DNA from: a bacterium
Lineage (GTDB): Archaea > Thermoplasmatota > E2 > JACPAO01 > JAHFTW01
DNA: 64,000 bases
Direction of reading: 5' to 3'
Assembly (NCBI GenBank): GCA_040390065.1
Contig: JAZJZE010000006.1
Coordinates: forward strand, 32,001-96,000
The number at the start of each line of letters is the position of its first letter. The first letter of the stretch is position 1. Positions 58,091 through 64,000 of this stretch are shown here, one piece after another. The notes beneath the pieces were generated by a model, which had not been told where the DNA came from, searched no databases, and saw only the letters and a program-made list of their open reading frames with translations. The translations under genes were made by a program, and so were the position numbers.

Positions 58091-58184
58091 GTCAATCGGC
58101 GGAATCTGCTCCCAGTCCGCGTGCGTGCAAGACGTGCAAGAGCGAACCCGGGTGGATGCCTCGGCATCAGCGTCATCTGCGGAT
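58091..58184 (-). repeat. Dispersed non-coding element, copy D (left part only, minus strand)
   Basis: The reverse complement aligns without gaps to 30927-31020, including a perfect 23-mer, and shares GCGGACTGGGAGCA and GCCGATT with copy A. Confidence 0.8.
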
Positions 58185-58232
58185 ACATGGGCCGCCTCGC
58201 TCCGCCCAAGGCGGCCGCGCCTTGCCGGCGTC

Positions 58233-58361
58233 CTACATGTCGAGGCAGACGATGTCTTCTTCGGGCCGGTGCATGTCGCGCAGGCTCCGTAGCCACAGAC
58301 GCAAGGCGCGGCCGTCGGCATCGTCGGGAATTGCAGCCTCTTGCTTCGTGGAATCGTTCAT
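58233..58361 (-). CDS. Possible 42-aa small protein
   Basis: Hand translation MNDSTKQEAAIPDDADGRALRLWLRSLRDMHRPEEDIVCLDM with a purine-rich AAGGAAAG upstream; no recognisable family. Confidence 0.3.
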   Translation of the reverse strand: MNDSTKQEAAIPDDADGRALRLWLRSLRDMHRPEEDIVCLDM

Positions 58362-58615
58362 GGCTTTCCTTCGTCACTCCTCGTTGATGCCCGTAGCGTC
58401 GACCAGACAGGAACGGCCGGCTAGGGTGCAGTCCAACTGATGGGGATGGCATGGGCCAGGCCAGCCAGGTCGGAGCGGCCAAGGCGGCGCACCGCGACCA
58501 AGCGTCCGTCGGTCATCGCAATGTCGCCCAAGAAATCGGCCACGAGGTCGCATCTGCTTGCGTGCGACATACCCGTTCAGGGGCAAGACCTGGGGGACAC
58601 GGACACGGCGTCGGC

Positions 58616-59161
58616 TCAGCCGTACATGTCGCCGTCTTGCTCGGCCTCGTCGAGGGCTTCCTGCTCGTCCTGCTGGATGCCTTCTCCCTCGCGCTGCTCC
58701 TCTTGGCGCTGCTCCGCCTCGGCCTCGGCCAGGGCCTGCGCCTCCGCGGCGCGTTCGCCCCGGAACAGGCGAACCGTGATGGGGTCGTCGGCGATGGGGT
58801 CCGGCGTCTGGAGGGCGGGTGGCACGAGGCCCAGCTGTTCGATGGCAGGATCAGGTTGGGACGTCGTGGCCTCTTGCTGCCTGGTGCCGGGGGTGGCGGC
58901 GGTCTCGGCGTCGTGGAGTGCGCGGCGGGCGACCGACCAGAGATAGATAGGCTGCGTCGGATTGGCCGTGCGGTCGATGACGGCTTCGGGATGCAGGAGC
59001 GGCCCCGTCGGATCGGAGGCCTTTGTCAGCCAGCGCACCTCGACGTCGTCGGGTTGTCCGCCGCCGTCGCGAACGACGCGGGACAGCCGTGGGCGCGCTT
59101 GGTCGCCCGTCAGCGTGACGGGGACGTCATTCAGGTATACGACCGAAAATTCTGTTTTCAT
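58616..59161 (-). CDS. Hypothetical protein: N-terminal domain paralogous to 59900-60286, acidic tail
   Basis: VYLNDVPV.L.GD..RPRLS.VV..GG..P...DP.G.....E.VIDRTA.PT...YL. Confidence 0.7.
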   Translation of the reverse strand: MKTEFSVVYLNDVPVTLTGDQARPRLSRVVRDGGGQPDDVEVRWLTKASDPTGPLLHPEAVIDRTANPTQPIYLWSVARRALHDAETAATPGTRQQEATTSQPDPAIEQLGLVPPALQTPDPIADDPITVRLFRGERAAEAQALAEAEAEQRQEEQREGEGIQQDEQEALDEAEQDGDMYG

Positions 59162-59283
59162 GGCAAGCATCCAACGCGCAGCGGACCGGGCCTTCCGAGG
59201 AAGGCATGGGGTCCACGCGCACATTGGCTCCTGCCCTCGAACGACACAAGGTTTCTGGGACGACTCCGGGGGGCGCGGCCCCG

Positions 59284-59820
59284 TCAGAAGCCCAGGCTGA
59301 CGACGGCCACGATGGACGGCGGCGTCATGCTCTGAACGAGCGTGCCTTCCCAGTGCACCTTGGCACTGCGGCCAAGGCGGGCGAACGTGGTCCGGTTCAG
59401 GCTCTCGTTGACGAGCTGGATGAGGTCCTTGCCGTAGACTTCGCACTGGGCGTCGGTCAAGGCCAGGACGACGTGCACGTCGTGGTCGGACAGGTCTTGC
59501 AGGACGAGGCCGAGTTGCTCGATGACGTGAGCCCGGCGTGCTGCAGGCAACCCCGTGGCCGTGGCGGCCCACTCCTTGAAGAGCGGATGGCTGACGTGCA
59601 CGACAATCGAGCCAGTCGAGGCCTCGGCGCCGGCGCGCCCCGGGACGTCGCATCGGGCCGTGAAACACGTTGCAAAGAGGGTTCTCGGGTGGTCGAAGTG
59701 GCCCAGCGCGGAGTGCCGCGCCTGGTTCAGGAAGTGCAGGGTGGTCGCCTCGGGGCCGACGTCCTCGCGCTTGTTTGCGACGAGGAGTTCGGTCTGCCGG
59801 GGCTTGATGATTCCGTGCAT
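59284..59820 (-). CDS. Hypothetical protein
   Basis: 178-aa ORF with host-like codon usage between the two paralogs; family not recognised. Confidence 0.6.
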   Translation of the reverse strand: MHGIIKPRQTELLVANKREDVGPEATTLHFLNQARHSALGHFDHPRTLFATCFTARCDVPGRAGAEASTGSIVVHVSHPLFKEWAATATGLPAARRAHVIEQLGLVLQDLSDHDVHVVLALTDAQCEVYGKDLIQLVNESLNRTTFARLGRSAKVHWEGTLVQSMTPPSIVAVVSLGF

Positions 59821-59899
59821 GGTGGTACACCCTCTATGCATGCAGAAGGCCAAGTATGTCTGGACGCCCAAACCTGTCGGGTCCCGTCAAGCGCCGGGG

Positions 59900-60286
59900 T
59901 TACGGCTTCAGTGGCGCAATGGGTGACGGCAGGCGCGGTTCGTTGCCATCCATTGGGACGGGAACCTCTGGCGCAGAACCGACGGTGGAAGGGGCGCGCG
60001 GCGGGGCCGGCAGGTTCGTGGGGGTCGGACGGGCTGGCGCCCGGCTGACGCAAGTGAGATACACCGCAACCGTCGGTTCGGCAGTGCGATCGATGACCTC
60101 CTCCAATCCCACGGGCTGGCCGCCGGGGTCGTTGGCGGACCGTGCACGAAGCACTTGGACCAACTCTGGCCGTTTTCCTCCGGCCACGACAATCTTCGAG
60201 ACGCGCGGCCGCGGGTCGCCCATCAGTCCGACGGGTTCATTGTCGAGGTACACGGTCGCAAGCGTTGGGAGTTTCACGGGAGTCAC
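59900..60286 (-). CDS. Hypothetical protein: paralog of 58616-59161 with a Pro-rich tail
   Basis: VYLDNEPVGLMGDPRPRVSKIVVAGGKRPE...DPGG....EEVIDRTAEPTVAVYL. Confidence 0.7.
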   Translation of the reverse strand: MTPVKLPTLATVYLDNEPVGLMGDPRPRVSKIVVAGGKRPELVQVLRARSANDPGGQPVGLEEVIDRTAEPTVAVYLTCVSRAPARPTPTNLPAPPRAPSTVGSAPEVPVPMDGNEPRLPSPIAPLKP

Positions 60287-60412
60287 GGGCAGCCTTGGCG
60301 ATCGTGCGATGTCAGGCCCAACGGTGGGGCGGTAATAACCCGGGAAGATGGGCGAACATGTCGGGCCGCGGCGGCGTGCACCGCTGATTGGGGGCCCATC
60401 ACGCGGGCCAAC

Positions 60413-60577
60413 TCACCACGCCGGCGGCCGGCCGCAGTACGTTTCGCCGTGGTCGCTGGACACGTCGTGCAGGCGCACGCCGGGGGGCAACTGGTCTTGG
60501 CGCATCGTCCAGCCGCAATCGCCGCATTCCCAGGCCGCGGGCATACCCGAGGGAGGCGCTGCGATGCCGGTGGACAT
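60413..60577 (-). CDS. Possible 54-aa Cys/His micro-protein
   Basis: WECGDCG...H....H....C; lies just downstream of the wHTH gene on the same strand. Confidence 0.35.
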   Translation of the reverse strand: MSTGIAAPPSGMPAAWECGDCGWTMRQDQLPPGVRLHDVSSDHGETYCGRPPAW

Positions 60578-60615
60578 GCGCGTCGTCCGTGCGGGCCTGG
60601 AGGTTGGCGCCACGT

Positions 60616-61632
60616 CTACCACGCTCCCGGCACGGGCGTGGCGGCCAAGGCGGTGGGTCGGATGGTCACGACGGCGGCCACTGGGTCGAGCAAGGACAGG
60701 GCGGAATGCATGGCGATGGTGGGGCGGTAGATCCGGCTGCGGCCGTCGCGCTCTACGAGGACGAGTCCCTGTCCAGCGAATTGGCGAAGGTGCTTGGAGG
60801 CCGACGGATTGTTGAGGCCGAGGGTTTGGCAAATGGCGGTCTGGTCGAGGCCAGGCTGCTGGCTCACCAGGTTGGCGATGCGCCGCGCCGTGGGATGCAT
60901 GACGACGGCCATTGCCGTGCGTTGCGACGCGGCTGGCGTGTCGGCGGCGAAGTAGCGGCGGCGCGACAGTTGGCTGACCGACACGACCATGCCATTGTCC
61001 TCGAGGCGGCGCAGGTGATGCACGGCCGTTCCCCACGCGATTCCCGTGCGTGTACGCACGTCGCTGAGGGACAGGCCGGGGTCCTGTGTGATGACTTCGT
61101 GGACGCGGGCCCGCACGGGGTTGTCCAGCAGCTTGCCGCGTGCAATGCGGGAGAAGAGCGGCAGCCCGACGACGAGACCCGCGGCGGCGCGACCCAAGCG
61201 GCCGAAGAGCCCGGAGAGGCGAGCCTGGCCGGCCCGGACGCCGTCGATGCCATACGCCAAGGCCGCGAGGAGGAAGGCAGCAATGGCGCCGCCGGCCACC
61301 GGGACGGCGACTGCGCTCACTTGGTCTCCAAGTGACGGGCGGCTGGCCGCCGACGGGGAGGGCGAGTCTCCAGTGGTGACGTCGATGGGGGCTGCCAAGA
61401 CGGTCACCCGCCCCGTCGCACGCACTTGGACGTCCGCGACGCCAAGGTCCGCGACGGCGGCGGGAAGGGAAGTGTTCAGATGTGTGCCGTCGGCAAGCAC
61501 GGGCACGGCCGCGACGGCAGGGTCGACGGCCTGCAACGGTTGGTCCTGACCCACGGAGAGGGCCGCGACGACGGGGCAGCAGACAAGGGCAGCAAGGCCC
61601 AGCAGCCAGCGACACGTTCGGTTCGGCATCAC
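60616..61632 (-). CDS. Membrane-anchored tandem winged-HTH transcription regulator
   Basis: N-terminal signal peptide, TM segment, then LFSRI...LLDNPVRARV..I..DPG...GTAVHHL..LE and a second wHTH (QQPGL....I...L......SKHL..F...GLV). Confidence 0.85.
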   Translation of the reverse strand: MMPNRTCRWLLGLAALVCCPVVAALSVGQDQPLQAVDPAVAAVPVLADGTHLNTSLPAAVADLGVADVQVRATGRVTVLAAPIDVTTGDSPSPSAASRPSLGDQVSAVAVPVAGGAIAAFLLAALAYGIDGVRAGQARLSGLFGRLGRAAAGLVVGLPLFSRIARGKLLDNPVRARVHEVITQDPGLSLSDVRTRTGIAWGTAVHHLRRLEDNGMVVSVSQLSRRRYFAADTPAASQRTAMAVVMHPTARRIANLVSQQPGLDQTAICQTLGLNNPSASKHLRQFAGQGLVLVERDGRSRIYRPTIAMHSALSLLDPVAAVVTIRPTALAATPVPGAW

Positions 61633-61859
61633 CCTTGGTTCCGAGACCGGTGGTTATAGCCCGAAAGGGGCAAAGCCGAGCGGGCCTCCGTCACGCACGA
61701 CGCGTGTCCGGTGGACGGTGCGGACCGATCGCCCCCGCGCACGCACAGGTCGCGCGCGACGTAGACGCCATCGCCGCAAGCGAACAGCACTGCGTCATAT
61801 TCCCGTGGTATCGCGTTGGCTTATGGTCGTGGGCGTGGAGTGAGTGTTAGGTGTCTCAC

Positions 61860-62615
61860 ATGACCCGCAACACAACCCCTGACAACAAACCCGGCCGCAG
61901 CATCCGTATGCTGGCGCCGCTCCTGACCGGCTGCCTCCTGCTCTTGGTGGCAGGCTCAGTCAATGCCCTGCCCGGCCTCGGCGCCGACGCGGGTGCCGCG
62001 GCGAGTGCGACCGCGGATCTGGCTGGCATGGCCAACGTGGCTGGCTCCGCGCAAGCGGACGCCCAGCTCGACGCCTCCGCCGACGCCGGCGCTGAGCTGT
62101 CCGCCGATGTTTCGGCGCAGGCCGCCGTCGACGCCGCAATGGCGCAGGCCGACCTGGCCGCTGACGCGACGCTGACGGCCGACGCGAACGCCGATGTCTC
62201 CGCTGACGCGAAGGCCGACGCCAATGTCGCCGCCGATGCGAAGGCCGACGTCAAGGCCGACGCGAGCATCATGGGCAACGTCTTGGGCTTCTTCGGTGCA
62301 ATCGGCGCCGGCATCGCCGCGGGCGCCTCGGCAGCCGCGCAGGCGACTGCCTCGGTCACCGCTGGCGCCGTCGCGGCCATCACTGGCCACGCGGACGCCC
62401 AGGTTGACGCCTCGACGGACGTCGCAGTCGGCGCCCACGCGGACGCCGCGACGCACGTCGCCGCGGACTTGGCGGCCAACGCGGGCCTCACCGGCAACGT
62501 CGCCGGCACGGTCTCCGCCGCAACGCAGGTCGCCGGCTCGGCAACCGCCATGGTCGGCCCCCTCTCGGCCGCCGCCCAGGGCAGCGCCGCAGGCAGCCTC
62601 ACCGCCGGCCTGTAA
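61860..62615 (+). CDS. Secreted Ala/Asp-rich low-complexity repeat protein
   Basis: Signal peptide; runs such as ADANADVSADAKADANVAADAKADVKADA; pyrimidine terminator-like tract after the stop. Confidence 0.75.
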   Translation: MTRNTTPDNKPGRSIRMLAPLLTGCLLLLVAGSVNALPGLGADAGAAASATADLAGMANVAGSAQADAQLDASADAGAELSADVSAQAAVDAAMAQADLAADATLTADANADVSADAKADANVAADAKADVKADASIMGNVLGFFGAIGAGIAAGASAAAQATASVTAGAVAAITGHADAQVDASTDVAVGAHADAATHVAADLAANAGLTGNVAGTVSAATQVAGSATAMVGPLSAAAQGSAAGSLTAGL

Positions 62616-62780
62616 ACACAACCCAACAAACCCTTCCCCCCTCCTCCCATTTGTTCGCCCCTTTTCTTCGCCGCCATGTCCTCCTCCTTGGGAGGCGGCG
62701 CCATCGCCCGCGTCGGCGTGCCGACGGGCTGCGGGTCTTGTCCCCAAACGGATAACGTTGCGCGGGGTCGACCGTTTCCT

Positions 62781-62858
62781 ATGAGCACCATCGGTCTTGT
62801 CGTCGTCATCGTCCTCGTCCTCCTGTTCTTCGGCTTCATCACCGTCGGCCTCCGCTGA
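62781..62858 (+). CDS. 25-aa single-TM micro-protein
   Basis: MSTIGLVVVIVLVLLFFGFITVGLR with C-ending codon bias. Confidence 0.45.
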   Translation: MSTIGLVVVIVLVLLFFGFITVGLR

Positions 62859-62976
62859 ATGGCGGCGCTTGCCAAGGGTGCAACCGACGCACGCTGCCCT
62901 GCGCCTTCTGGCGGCCGGCTGCGAGGCCGCCACGCCACGGCGACGGTGCCGGCGCCCTGGCCGTGCGCAGGCTAGC

Positions 62977-63609
62977 ATGCAGCGAGAGTTCTTCCACGCC
63001 GCGTATCAGGGCCGTCGCGCCGCGTGGGACGTGCCGTTCCCGCAACCAGCCATCGTTGCCGCTGCAGCACACCGTGGTTTTGCGGGCCCTGTGCTCGACC
63101 TTGGCTGCGGAACGGGCGAGAACGCGTTGTTCCTGGCTGGCTTGGGTCTGCAGGTCACTGGCATCGACCTTGCGCCGCGAGCGATCCAAGAAGCCCGCCG
63201 CAAGGCCGAGGCGCGCGGCTCGTCCGCTGCATTCCGCGTCGGCGATGCGCTGCAGGCCAGTCTGCCTGCCCATGCGTTTGGCGCCATCATCGACAGCGGC
63301 TTCTTCCACGGGCTTTCTGCAGCGGAACGACGCGCATACTGGCGCTGCGCCGTGCGGGTCCTAGCGCCAGGCGGGCGGCTGCACATCCTGGGATTCAGCG
63401 ACCCCGTCACGAGAAGGATTGCCATGCAGTTCGCCGATGCGCCGGCGTCGCTTCGCCCCGCCGCGGCGACACCATCGTACTTCCTGCTGTCCGGCCAAGC
63501 TGGCATCGCGGGCATCCCCGCCACGCTCGCAACGTTCACTGCCACGCAGCATGGCACCCATCGGCGCGTCCGCCCCGACCGGGCACCGCGCAGTCGGCCT
63601 GCGACCTGA
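62977..63609 (+). CDS. Class I SAM-dependent methyltransferase
   Basis: WDVPFPQP, VLDLGCGTGEN, TGIDLAP, GDAL, IIDSGFFH, LAPGG. Confidence 0.85.
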   Translation: MQREFFHAAYQGRRAAWDVPFPQPAIVAAAAHRGFAGPVLDLGCGTGENALFLAGLGLQVTGIDLAPRAIQEARRKAEARGSSAAFRVGDALQASLPAHAFGAIIDSGFFHGLSAAERRAYWRCAVRVLAPGGRLHILGFSDPVTRRIAMQFADAPASLRPAAATPSYFLLSGQAGIAGIPATLATFTATQHGTHRRVRPDRAPRSRPAT

Positions 63610-63707
63610 GTCCGCGCCGCCCATCGTCCAGATCCGACGTCCGTTTGCGACCCAGCGCCGAGGCATGTCCTCGAACGGTTAAGTGGGCCGCGGCCAGACA
63701 CCTGCCC

Positions 63708-63875
63708 ATGGACGTCGACAACGAGGAATGCATGTTCTGCCACGAAGAGATCGCCGAGACGGCCGATGAGCCCGTCCACCTCGCTTTCATGGCCCACCTG
63801 CAGGCCCGCGAGCCGTGCCAGGACGCCTTCGACAACTGGAGCGAGAACATGGAATCCGATTTCCTGGGCGACTAA
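63708..63875 (+). CDS. Small acidic zinc-finger-like protein (55 aa)
   Basis: CMFC...FMAHL.....C...F..W..NM..D; GTTAAG about 30 nt upstream. Confidence 0.65.
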   Translation: MDVDNEECMFCHEEIAETADEPVHLAFMAHLQAREPCQDAFDNWSENMESDFLGD

Positions 63876-64000
63876 CCGCGTCGCCGCGGACCCCAGAGCC
63901 GGCTCGCTTGCCCGGCACCTCTTGCACGCACCCTCTCCGGACATGTTCGCCGCAGCAGGCGGGTCAAATCCTGACCACGCTCTCCTTCATTCAGCCGCAT

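Overview
High-GC archaeal chromosomal segment. The archaeal assignment rests on PolD large subunit DP2, tRNA splicing endonuclease EndA, NAC, rpl40e, a Pop5-like RNase P subunit, a C/D-box sRNA and TATA-like promoters; an uncultured Thermoplasmatota-like lineage is my inference, not tested. The left half (about 1.3-31 kb) is a cell-surface gene cluster: a lamin-tail protein, a transglutaminase lipoprotein, a BNR/TSP3 protein, three tandem giant paralogous Cys-rich membrane proteins (about 2450, 1730 and 2080 aa) and an FtsX-like permease. The three giants carry repeated DxDxDG Ig-like modules and FN3 domains and end in one TM helix plus an identically spaced zinc ribbon. The right half is mostly housekeeping and metabolic genes (acyl-CoA dehydrogenase, antiporter, Nnr, TctA, carboxyltransferase, MenA/MenG-like, rubrerythrin-like, DP2, Fpg, ProDH) plus small hypotheticals. 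Non-coding highlights read from the sequence: (1) a dispersed, fixed-spacing ~160-bp element in four full or partial copies, two of them fused to giant-gene promoters; (2) a canonical C/D-box sRNA whose D guide matches 16S C1402; (3) tRNA-Gly(GCC) followed by two repeats ending in its 3' end; (4) a ~380-bp TIR-bounded MITE-like element. Start codons were chosen by eye and no database searches were run.
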